NCBI RefSeq assembly: GCF_000284115.1
Contig: NC_017080.1
Coordinates: 1,920,001 to 1,952,000 of the forward strand
Source: Phycisphaera mikurensis NBRC 102666
GTDB taxonomy: Bacteria > Planctomycetota > Phycisphaerae > Phycisphaerales > Phycisphaeraceae
Length of the DNA stretch: 32,000 nt
Reading direction: 5' to 3'
A program made the position numbers and the translations under genes. A model generated the notes under the pieces. That model was not told the DNA's origin. It saw nothing but the letters and a program-made list of their open reading frames with translations, and did no database searches. Of this stretch, positions 18,506 to 26,576 are shown in pieces; position 1 is the first letter of the stretch; the number at the start of each line of letters is the position of its first letter.

Positions 18506-18745
18506 CAGCGTCGACCGCCGGCGCTTCGCGTGCCCGACCGGGCGGGAATCGGGTTCAACCGGCCGTCGGGCATCACGAGAACCTAACAGGAGCGGGAGCC
18601 GCGGCGGGCGGCGATCCGGGTCGCGGGCCCGACGGGGCCAGGCGGGTGCGGGGTCGCTCCGGGGCCCACGGACCGCCGCGGATGGCCGCTGCGGGCGCCC
18701 AGAAGCGGCGGCGGTCCGCGGGTCGGGCGGACCTACGCTGGGCCC

Positions 18746-19966
18746 ATGCGCCGCGACGCCGACACCATGCCGGTCTCTCCGACGGTTCCGCGCTTCCGCG
18801 GGTGGCTGTTCGCGCTGGCGTGCGGGCTCGTCCTGGTGACGGCGGTGATGATCTTCATCGGCGGCAAGGTCACCAGCCACGAGGTGGGGATGGCGGTGCC
18901 GGACGGATTCGAGACCTTCGGGCACTGGTCGCTGGTCGCGCCGCTGAACCTGTGGTGGCACGACTTCGGCACGCGGTGGGAGCACCTGCACCGGCTGCAG
19001 GGCTACGTCGTGAGCTTCACGACGCTCGGCCTGTTGATCGCGCTGTGCTTCGCGGGGGTCCGCGACAAGCGGAAGGGACTGATCGTGGCGGGCGTGGCGC
19101 TGTCGGCGGGCGTGATCCTGCAGGCGCTCCTGGGGATCCTGCGGGTCGACGAGGTCTCCCGCGCCCTGGCGGGCGTGCACGGGGTGGTCGGGCAGCTGTT
19201 CTTCGCCGCAACGGTGCTGACGGCGGTGCTGGTGGGGCCGGGGTGGACGCGCCGCCTGGCCGCGGTGCGGCGGGGCGAGGCGGCGCGGCGGCGGTGGCCG
19301 ACCGGTGCGCTGGTGCTGCTGGTGGCCCTGGTGGGGCAGCTGGTGCTCGGCTCGGCCGTGCGGCACGCAGGGGCGGGCGAGGCGATCCCCGATTGGCCGC
19401 TGCATTACGGCCAGGTCGTGCCGCCGATGGACCAGGCGGGCGTGGACGCGGCGGTCGACGAGGCCTGGGCGGCGGGGGACTTCGGCGGGACTTTCGAGAT
19501 GACGCGGGTGACCGGCACGGGCGCGGTGGAGACGGTGAGCTCGCGCCCGGCGGTCGAGGCCGGTCAGGTGCACCTGCACCTGACCCACCGCCTGGGGGCG
19601 TACGCCATCACGCTGTTCACGCTGGTGCTGGTCGGCTGGACGCTGCGTCGGGATGCGGGCGTTGCCGCGGCGGAGCCGGGCGCGGCGACGGCGGGGGTGT
19701 CGGCCGGGCTGGTGGTTCTGCTGGCGCTGCAGGTCGCGCTGGGCGTGGCGACGGTGCTCGGGCACGTGCACCCCACGCTGGCGACGCTGCACCAGTCCAC
19801 CGGGGCGCTGCTGCTGGGCCTGGCGGTGGTCTTCGCGGCGCGGAGCTCGGCGGCGATCGCGGCGCGGCGGGCGCTGCCCGCGTCGGCTCGGGCGGACGCG
19901 GCGACACCGTCGGCGGGCGGCCCGGGCTGGACCGGGGCCGGGAGCCTCGCCGGGAGCGTGAACTAG
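18746..19966 (+). CDS. ctaA: Heme A synthase, COX15/CtaA family
   Basis: 406 aa, multi-TM: ALACGLVLVTAVMIFIGGKVTSHEVGMAVPD...WEHLHRLQGYVVS...GVHGVVGQLFFA...LHLTHRLGAY...TLHQSTGALLLG, including the conserved His-bearing segments. Confidence 0.9.
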   Translation: MRRDADTMPVSPTVPRFRGWLFALACGLVLVTAVMIFIGGKVTSHEVGMAVPDGFETFGHWSLVAPLNLWWHDFGTRWEHLHRLQGYVVSFTTLGLLIALCFAGVRDKRKGLIVAGVALSAGVILQALLGILRVDEVSRALAGVHGVVGQLFFAATVLTAVLVGPGWTRRLAAVRRGEAARRRWPTGALVLLVALVGQLVLGSAVRHAGAGEAIPDWPLHYGQVVPPMDQAGVDAAVDEAWAAGDFGGTFEMTRVTGTGAVETVSSRPAVEAGQVHLHLTHRLGAYAITLFTLVLVGWTLRRDAGVAAAEPGAATAGVSAGLVVLLALQVALGVATVLGHVHPTLATLHQSTGALLLGLAVVFAARSSAAIAARRALPASARADAATPSAGGPGWTGAGSLAGSVN

Positions 19967-20902
19967 GTGCAGGCCCACGCCGCCTCCGAGCGCACGCGGA
20001 CGCCGGCCGCGCGGGCGGTGGCCTGGTCGGACTGGGTGGCGCTCACGAAGCCGCGGATCACGCGGATGGTGGTCGTCACGGCGGGGCTCGGCTTCCTGAT
20101 GGCCACCCTCGCGGGCGCAACGTGGACCTGGGCGGGGCTGCTGGGCACGCTGGCGGGCACGGCGGCGAGCTGCGCGGCGGCGGGGGTGTGGAACCAGGTG
20201 ATCGAGCGGGAGGCGGACGCGCGGATGAGCCGCACGCGCTCGCGGCCCGTGGCGGCGGGTCGGGTCTCGCCGCGCGACGCGACGGGCTTCGCCGCGGTGC
20301 TGGCGGTGCTCGGCCAGGGCCTGCTGTGCACCTTCGGCACGCCGCTGGCCTCGGCGCTGGCGGCCGCCACGATCGTCCTCTACGTCGGGCCGTACACGCT
20401 GCTGAAGCCGAAGACTCCGGCGTCGCTGTGGGTCGGGGCGGTGCCGGGGGCGTTGCCGCCGGTCATCGGCTTCGCGGCGGCGAGCGCGGGCTTGGCGGGA
20501 ACGCCCTGGTATGGCGCCACCTCCGCCGCGGTGTGGTGGGTCTTCGGGGTCATGTTCTTCTGGCAGATCCCGCACTTCCTCGCCATCGCCTGGAAGCTGC
20601 GGGACGACTACGCGGCGGGCGGGCTGGCGATGCTGCCGGTGGTGGACCCCGGCGGCCGGCGCACGGGCCGGCAGGCGGTGGCCGGGGCGGCGCTGCTGCT
20701 GGCGTGCGTCCTCACGCCCGCAGCGACGGGAACGCTGGCGGTCTGGGCGGCGGTGCCCTGTGCCCTCGCGGCCGCGGCGTACCTGGGCCTCGCCGCGGCC
20801 TTCGCCAAGGGGCTGGATCCGGTCGCGACGCGGCGGCTGTTCCTCGCGTCGCTGGCGGTGCTGCCGCTGATGCTGGCGCTCTTCGCGGTGGGGGCTCTGT
20901 GA
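19967..20902 (+). CDS. ctaB: Protoheme IX farnesyltransferase (heme O synthase)
   Basis: GTG start directly after the ctaA TAG. ALTKPRITRMVVVTAGLGF...NQVIEREADARMSRTRSRPVAAGR...YTLLKPKTPASLWVGAVPGALPPVIG...FWQIPHFLAIAW. Confidence 0.94.
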   Translation: MQAHAASERTRTPAARAVAWSDWVALTKPRITRMVVVTAGLGFLMATLAGATWTWAGLLGTLAGTAASCAAAGVWNQVIEREADARMSRTRSRPVAAGRVSPRDATGFAAVLAVLGQGLLCTFGTPLASALAAATIVLYVGPYTLLKPKTPASLWVGAVPGALPPVIGFAAASAGLAGTPWYGATSAAVWWVFGVMFFWQIPHFLAIAWKLRDDYAAGGLAMLPVVDPGGRRTGRQAVAGAALLLACVLTPAATGTLAVWAAVPCALAAAAYLGLAAAFAKGLDPVATRRLFLASLAVLPLMLALFAVGAL

Positions 20903-21912
20903 GCGACGCCGCGCCGCCCGCCGTGCTCGTCGAGGGCCTGCGTCACGCTTACGCCGGCGGGCGGGAGGCGCTGCGTGGCGTCGGGTTCCGCGTCGAGCCC
21001 GGCGAGATCGCCGCGTTGCTGGGCCCCAACGGCAGCGGCAAGAGCACCGCCTTCCGGATCCTCGCGACGCTGATGAGGCCCGCCGCGGCGGCGGGTCCGT
21101 CCGGCCGGGTGGAGGTCTTCGGCGCTTGCCCCTGGGAGAACCCTCACGCGGTGCGGGAGAAGATTGGCGTCGTCTTCCAAAGCCCCAGCCTCGACGGCGA
21201 GCTGACGGCGGAGGAGAACCTCCGCTGCCAGGGCAGGCTGCAGGGGCTGCGTGGGGCGTCGCTCCGGGAGGCGGTGGGGCTGGGGCTGGAGCGGGCCGGA
21301 CTGGTGGCGCGGCGTGGCGACCGGGTCCGCGGCTTCTCCGGCGGCATGAAGCGGCGGCTGGAGGTGGCCAAGGCGATGCTGCACGGGCCCGAGCTTTTGC
21401 TGCTCGACGAGCCCGACGCGGGGCTGGACCCGGCGGCGCGGGCGACGCTCTGGGAGCAGCTCGACGCGCTGCGGCACGGGGCGGGCGCCACGGTGTTGCT
21501 GACCACCCACCTGATGGATCTGGCGGCGCGGGCCGACCGGCTGGTGCTGCTCGACCGCGGGTCGGTGGTGCGGACCGGGACCGCGGCGGAGTTGGTGGAC
21601 GCGGCCGGCGGCGAGGCGGTCCGGCTGGAGCCGGCCGATGGCGACGCGGCGGCCCTGGCCGATGACCTCCGGGGCGAGGCGGGGCTCAGCCGGCTCCGGG
21701 TGCTCCCGCACGGCCCGCGGCCGGCGCTGCGGCTGCGGAGGGCGGACGCGGCGGCGTGGGTGCTCGGGTTGCGGGAACGCTGGCCGGACCGCTTCAGCCG
21801 CGTGAGCTACGGCCCGGCGACGCTGGAGGACGCCTTCGTCGAGCTCATCGAGCCCGCGGCCGAGGTGGAGCCGGCCCCGCCCGCGAGGCGGGGCCGCGGG
21901 CGGGGCCGGTGA
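20899..21912 (+). CDS. ABC transporter ATP-binding protein
   Basis: GTG start overlapping the ctaB TGA. Walker A GPNGSGKST, signature FSGGMKRRLEVAKAM, Walker B LLLLDEPDAGLDPAAR. Confidence 0.93.
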   Translation: MSDAAPPAVLVEGLRHAYAGGREALRGVGFRVEPGEIAALLGPNGSGKSTAFRILATLMRPAAAAGPSGRVEVFGACPWENPHAVREKIGVVFQSPSLDGELTAEENLRCQGRLQGLRGASLREAVGLGLERAGLVARRGDRVRGFSGGMKRRLEVAKAMLHGPELLLLDEPDAGLDPAARATLWEQLDALRHGAGATVLLTTHLMDLAARADRLVLLDRGSVVRTGTAAELVDAAGGEAVRLEPADGDAAALADDLRGEAGLSRLRVLPHGPRPALRLRRADAAAWVLGLRERWPDRFSRVSYGPATLEDAFVELIEPAAEVEPAPPARRGRGRGR

Positions 21913-23267
21913 CCGGGGGGAGCGCCTTCGGCGGGCCGCGACGCGTGATCGGGCATCCGCGGACCGCCGGCCTTTCGCCGGTCGCGGCGCTGCGGTCCGC
22001 GGATTCCGCCGGCGACCGGGCATTCCTGCTGCACTCCGGGCGGTACGACGCGGCGCACGCGCGCTACAGCGTGCTGGCGCGGGCGGACGGGGCGGTGCGT
22101 TGGTCGGAGGGCGACGCGGCGGACCCCTTCGACCAACTCGGGGCCGCCGCGGGCGACGGCGCCCTGTGGCTGGGCTTCCTCGGCTACGACCTGGCGCGGC
22201 GGGTGGAGCGTCTCCCCGGCGGGGCCGTCGGCGACCGGGCCTGGCCGGGGCTCGCGTTCCACCGCTGCCCCGGCTGGTTGGAGCACGACGCCGCGGCGCC
22301 GCCCGGATCCCGGTGGGCCGCTTGCGGCGAGCTGGCGGGCACGCCCGACGACGAGCTGGTGCGGATCTTCGGCCTCGGCGAGGGCCTCGCCGCCGCGGGC
22401 TTCGCCGCCGGCCCGGCCGCCGCGGACCGGCCCGGAGCCGAACACGCCGCGGCGGTCGCCGCGGCGCTGGGCTACGTCGCCGCGGGCGACGTCTTCCAGG
22501 TGAACGTGGCCCGCCGCTGGGGCGGGAGCTTCCGGGGGAGCACGGCTGCGCTCTACGCGGCGCTGGCCGAAGCGGCCGGGCCCTGGTACGGGGCCCACCT
22601 CCCCTGCCCGGGCCTCGGGCGCCTCGCGGACGCGGCGCTGTGCTCCGCCTCGCCGGAGCTGTTCCTGGAGGTGGAGCCCGGGGGCTGGGTCACGACGCGG
22701 CCGATCAAGGGCACCGAAGCCGCGGGCGGAGCCGGGCTCGAGGCGTCCTCCAAGGACGCGGCCGAGCTGGCGATGATCGTCGACCTGCTGCGCAACGACC
22801 TGGGCCGGGTGTGCCGGCCGGGGTCGATGGCGGTGCCGGTGCCGCGGGCGGTGGAGGACCACCCCACCGTGCGGCACGGCGTGGCGACGGTGCGCGGTCG
22901 GCTGCGGGCGGAGGCGGACCTCGCGGACCTGCTGCGGGCCACCTGGCCGGGCGGCTCGGTCACGGGGGCGCCCAAGGTGCGGGCGATGGAGATCATCGAC
23001 GAGCTCGAGCCGGTCCGGCGGGGGCCGGCCTACGGCGCGATCGGCGGGATCCGGCGGGACCCCGCCGCGGCCGCCGCGGGCGAGGGCTGGCGCGTGCGCC
23101 TGAACCTGGCGATCCGCACCCTGTGCGTCGCCAACGGCCGCTACGACTTCCACGTGGGCGGCGGGATCGTCGCCGGATCGCATCCCGCGGACGAGCTGGC
23201 CGAGACGCACGTCAAGGCCGCCGCGATGCTCGCGGCGTTGCGTTGCGGGGCGGGCAGCCCCGGCTGA
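21909..23267 (+). CDS. pabB: Aminodeoxychorismate synthase component I
   Basis: GTG start overlapping the previous TGA. Chorismate-binding core ...VAAGDVFQVNVARR...PELFLEVEPGGWVTTRPIKGTEA...DLLRNDLGRVC...VEDHPTVRHGVATVRGRL...GGSVTGAPKVRAMEIIDELEPVRRGPAYGAIG; the PIKGT motif favours PabB over TrpE. Confidence 0.9.
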   Translation: MTGGSAFGGPRRVIGHPRTAGLSPVAALRSADSAGDRAFLLHSGRYDAAHARYSVLARADGAVRWSEGDAADPFDQLGAAAGDGALWLGFLGYDLARRVERLPGGAVGDRAWPGLAFHRCPGWLEHDAAAPPGSRWAACGELAGTPDDELVRIFGLGEGLAAAGFAAGPAAADRPGAEHAAAVAAALGYVAAGDVFQVNVARRWGGSFRGSTAALYAALAEAAGPWYGAHLPCPGLGRLADAALCSASPELFLEVEPGGWVTTRPIKGTEAAGGAGLEASSKDAAELAMIVDLLRNDLGRVCRPGSMAVPVPRAVEDHPTVRHGVATVRGRLRAEADLADLLRATWPGGSVTGAPKVRAMEIIDELEPVRRGPAYGAIGGIRRDPAAAAAGEGWRVRLNLAIRTLCVANGRYDFHVGGGIVAGSHPADELAETHVKAAAMLAALRCGAGSPG

Positions 23268-23332
23268 GCGATGCGCAGCCTGCGGGCGGCGGCGGCACCG
23301 GGCCGCTCGCCGGCGTCCCGCCGCTGCCGCGA

Positions 23333-24289
23333 TCACTCGGGCGCTTCGAGCGTGCGCAGCGAGAGGCCCGCGGCGACCAGCTTCTCCTTGATCTCATCGA
23401 GCGTGGTGGCGCCGAAGTTCTTCACGCCCATCAGCTCCGCTTCGGTCATCATGACCAGGTCGCCGAGGCTGTCGACGCTGAGCAAGGCGAGGGCCTTGCG
23501 GGCCCGCACCGAGAGGTCCAGCTCGCCGACGCTCCGCTCCATCAGGTTGCCCTCGCCGGACTCGGCCTCGACCTCGGAAAGCCGCTCCTCGCGGGCCTTC
23601 TCCTGCGCCCGCTCGAGGTCCTGGCCCAGCCGCAGCCCCTTCTGGGCGAGCATCGACTTGATCTCGTCGATGCTGGCCTCGCCGAAGTTCTTGTAGCTGC
23701 GCAGCTCGGCCTCGGACACGCGGAGGAGGTCGCCGAGGGTCTTGATGTCCATCTTGCGCAGGCTGTTGCGCGTTCGGTAGTCCATCTCGAAGTCCGTCAC
23801 CGGCACGTCGAGCAGGGCGGCGTGGCGATCGTCCCGCTTCTCCTGGTCGTCGTCGATGACCATCTCGCGCGAGGCGAGGATGTCCTTAATGAACAGCCGG
23901 GCCCGGGCGTGGTTGGGGTCGGTCGCCAGCACCTGGCGGACGCAGCGCTCGGCCTGGGGCAGCTTGCCGCGGTCCTCGTAGAGCACGGCGAGGTTGATGA
24001 GCGCGTGCAGCGGCGCTTGCGGGGTGCGGACGCACTCCTCGTAGAGGTGGATCGCCTCGTCCTCCTCGCCGAGCAGGTCGAGGTTGTAGGCCAGGCGGAA
24101 GCTGATGTTCGCGTCGTCGGGGTCGGCCGCGTAGGCGGCTTCGTACTTCTCGACGGCGCCGACGCGGTCGCCCGCGTCCTCGAGCTTCTGGCCCTCGCCG
24201 AAGGCCTTGCCCGCGGCGGCGCTGTCGCGGAAGTCGCCCTCGGCGGCGGTCTCGTCGGTGGAAGGGGTCGTTGCTTCGGATTCGGCCAT
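23333..24289 (-). CDS. TPR protein with two tandem RNA polymerase alpha-CTD-like domains
   Basis: 318 aa. TPR region AAAGKAFGEGQKLEDAGDRVGAVEKYEAAYAADPDDA...; alpha-CTD-like copies at residues about 159-222 and 249-312 (LMERSVGELDLSVRARKALALLSVDSLGDLVMMTEAELMGVKNFGATTLDEIKEKLVAAGLSL). Confidence 0.87.
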   Translation of the reverse strand: MAESEATTPSTDETAAEGDFRDSAAAGKAFGEGQKLEDAGDRVGAVEKYEAAYAADPDDANISFRLAYNLDLLGEEDEAIHLYEECVRTPQAPLHALINLAVLYEDRGKLPQAERCVRQVLATDPNHARARLFIKDILASREMVIDDDQEKRDDRHAALLDVPVTDFEMDYRTRNSLRKMDIKTLGDLLRVSEAELRSYKNFGEASIDEIKSMLAQKGLRLGQDLERAQEKAREERLSEVEAESGEGNLMERSVGELDLSVRARKALALLSVDSLGDLVMMTEAELMGVKNFGATTLDEIKEKLVAAGLSLRTLEAPE

Positions 24290-24533
24290 GGCGGGGCTCC
24301 GGGGCGGGGCGGGTAAGCGGGGCGGGGGGCGGGCCCGCCGGGGGGCGGGATCGCCGGGAAGCACCGGGAACGGGGAGGACGCGGCGCCGCGAGGCGCACG
24401 AGCGGACCCCGCCCGCCGGGCGCAGGGCGAGGAGGCTAGGCCGGTTGCCGCCGACCCGCAAGGCGAGGTAGGCTGCTTCACCCGAGGCGGAGCGGCCCCC
24501 CGCGTCTCCTCCGCCCGGACCCCCAGACCCGTT

Positions 24534-26429
24534 TTGACCCAAGCCGCGATCCAGGCCGACCTCCCGGGTGCCCTGCCCGCCCGCGGCTTCGATGAGGCCG
24601 AGCGGCTCGTGCGCTTCGGCGGCCCGCCGGACGCGTTCCTCGCCGAGCTCCTGCTGGCGCAGTGCCGCTTCGCCGGCGCGGCGGGCGGGGCGGTGCTGCG
24701 CCGAGCCGAGGGCGGCCCGGGCGTGGAGTGTCTGCAGAGCGTGCCGCCGGGTGCGGCGGGTCGGGATCCGGAGGAGGAGGCGGCGCCGCCTTGGCTGCGG
24801 GAGGTGGCGGGGGTGGTCGGTGGCGCCGGCGGCTGGCCGCGGGAGGCGGCGAGCTTCCCGCTGGAGTCCGGCGACGGGCTCTACGGCGAGGATGGGCAAC
24901 GCCACGCGGTGGTGCTGCCCCTGGGCGCCTTCGCCAGCCTCGACGCCGTGGCGGCCTTCGTGCTGGAGGGCTGCGACGCCGACGAGGCGCACCACGCCTG
25001 CCGCCGGCTGGCCTTCACGCTCTCGATGCTCACGCTCTACGAGGCGCGGCAGGCGCTGGGGGCGCGCGAGGCGGACCTCCGCGGCCTGGCGCTCGCGACG
25101 GGCACGCTGGCGGCGCTGAACCGGCAGGGCCGCTTCGGCAGCGCGGGCCTGGCCTTCTGCAACGAGGTCGCGAGCCGCTTCGAAGCCGAGCGCGTCAGCT
25201 TCGGCGTGGTTCGCGGCCGGTACGTGAAGCTGCGTGCGATGAGCCAGACCGAGCACGTGCACCGCAAGATGGCGGCGGTGCAGGCGATCGAGGCGGCGAT
25301 GGAGGAGTGCCTCGACCAGGACACGGAGGTGCAGCACCCCGCGGCGCCCGAGGAGCCGGTGGTGGCGCGGGCCGCGGCGGAGCTGGCGCGGCGCGAGAGC
25401 TGCGACGCCGTGATCTCGCTGCCGCTGCGGCGAGCCGGAGAGGCGGAGGCGGTGGTGACGCTGGAGCGGGCCAGCCGCGGGCTCGACGCGGCCGAGGCGT
25501 CCTTCCTTCGGCTCGCTTGCGAGCTGTGCGGCCCACGCTTGCTGGAGATGGAGGCCGCGGACCGCTGGGTGGGGGCGCGGGCCGCGGCCTCGGTCCGCCG
25601 CGGCCTCGCCCTGTTCGTGGGCCCAACGCACACCTGGGCGAAGGCGGCGGCCATCGGGCTGCTGGCGGCCCTTGCCGTGGTGACGCTGGTGGACGTGCCC
25701 TTCCGGGTGGATGCGCCCTTCGAGCTGCAGGCGGTGACGCGGCGGCAGGTGCCCGCGCCCTTCGAGGGCTACCTCGCCACGGTCGCGGTCCGCGCCGGCG
25801 ACGTGGTGCAGGCCGGCGACGTGCTCGGCGAGCTGGACACCTCGGAGCTTCAGCTGGAGCGTGCCCGGCAGCAGGCCGAGCGGCTCACGCACCAGAAGGA
25901 GGCCGACGAGGCGCGGCGGGAGGGCAAGACCGTGGACGTGCAGATCGCCGAGGCCCGCGCGGCCGAGGCGCAGGTTCAGGTGGAGCTGAACGACCACCAG
26001 ATCGCTCAGGCGACGCTGCGGGCTCCGGTGGCGGGGAGCGTCATCTCCGATGACCTCCAGCAGAAGCTCTTCAGCCCGGTGAAGCGCGGCGAGCTGCTGT
26101 TCGAGGTCGCCCGGCTGGGGCAGCAGCGGGCGGAGATGCGGGTGAGCGACGAGGACATCCCCTGGGTCCGCGAGGGCCAGACCGGCAGCCTCGCCCCGGC
26201 ATCGACGCCGGGCGATCCGGTCGGCTTCCGGGTGGGCCGCATCGAGCCCATCGCCGAGGTCGTTGACGGCGAGAACGTCTTCCGCGTGCGGCTGGAGCTG
26301 CTGGAGAGCCGCCCGTGGTTCCGCCCCGGTGTCGCCGGCGTCGCCAAGATCGACGTCGGCAAAGGCAGCATCCTCTGGGTCTACACGCGCGAGGCGGTCA
26401 ACTTCGTGAGGTTGAAGCTGTGGCTGTGA
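24534..26429 (+). CDS. GAF domain-containing HlyD-family (membrane fusion) adaptor protein
   Basis: GAF-like SAGLAFCNEVASRFEAERVSFGVVRGRYVKLRAMSQTEHVHRKMAAVQAIEAAMEECLDQ...CDAVISLPL; TM AKAAAIGLLAALAVVTLVDVPF; HlyD/lipoyl RRQVPAPFEGYLATVAVRAGDVVQAGDVLGELDTSEL...LRAPVAGSVISDDL. Start (TTG 24534) uncertain. Confidence 0.85.
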   Translation: MTQAAIQADLPGALPARGFDEAERLVRFGGPPDAFLAELLLAQCRFAGAAGGAVLRRAEGGPGVECLQSVPPGAAGRDPEEEAAPPWLREVAGVVGGAGGWPREAASFPLESGDGLYGEDGQRHAVVLPLGAFASLDAVAAFVLEGCDADEAHHACRRLAFTLSMLTLYEARQALGAREADLRGLALATGTLAALNRQGRFGSAGLAFCNEVASRFEAERVSFGVVRGRYVKLRAMSQTEHVHRKMAAVQAIEAAMEECLDQDTEVQHPAAPEEPVVARAAAELARRESCDAVISLPLRRAGEAEAVVTLERASRGLDAAEASFLRLACELCGPRLLEMEAADRWVGARAAASVRRGLALFVGPTHTWAKAAAIGLLAALAVVTLVDVPFRVDAPFELQAVTRRQVPAPFEGYLATVAVRAGDVVQAGDVLGELDTSELQLERARQQAERLTHQKEADEARREGKTVDVQIAEARAAEAQVQVELNDHQIAQATLRAPVAGSVISDDLQQKLFSPVKRGELLFEVARLGQQRAEMRVSDEDIPWVREGQTGSLAPASTPGDPVGFRVGRIEPIAEVVDGENVFRVRLELLESRPWFRPGVAGVAKIDVGKGSILWVYTREAVNFVRLKLWL

Positions 26430-26448
26430 GAGCGGAGATGAAGCGGGT

Positions 26449-26576
26449 GAAGAAGTGAAGAAGTGAGGAAGCGAAGAAGTGAGCAGCAGCAGTGGATCCA
26501 GGAACCGGCCGGCGGAGCCGCCGCGTCGTGCCTGACTTCTTCTCTTCTTCGCTTCTCCGCTTGACCGGCGGAGCCG
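26449..26576 (+). repeat. Intergenic purine-rich 10-mer repeats plus inverted repeat and direct repeat
   Basis: GAAGAAGTGA at 26449-26458, 26457-26466, 26473-26482. Inverted pair GAAGCGAAGAAG (26468-26479) / CTTCTTCGCTTC (26544-26555). Direct repeat CCGGCGGAGCCG (26509-26520 and 26565-26576). Confidence 0.7.

Noticed and set aside
18541-18580. GGTTCAA resembling a tRNA T-loop
   Set aside because: The following base pattern does not give the required C61 and T-stem pairing, and no acceptor or anticodon arm is found.
20170-20240. N-x3-E-x3-D in CtaB instead of N-x3-D-x3-D as a sign of altered prenyltransferase chemistry
   Set aside because: The Glu variant is common in COX10-type enzymes; all other signatures are normal.
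16112-20575. 1487-aa minus-strand ORF taken as one protein
   Set aside because: Only the part from ATG 18505 down matches alpha-L-rhamnosidase; the upstream extension is antisense to ctaA/ctaB and not supported.
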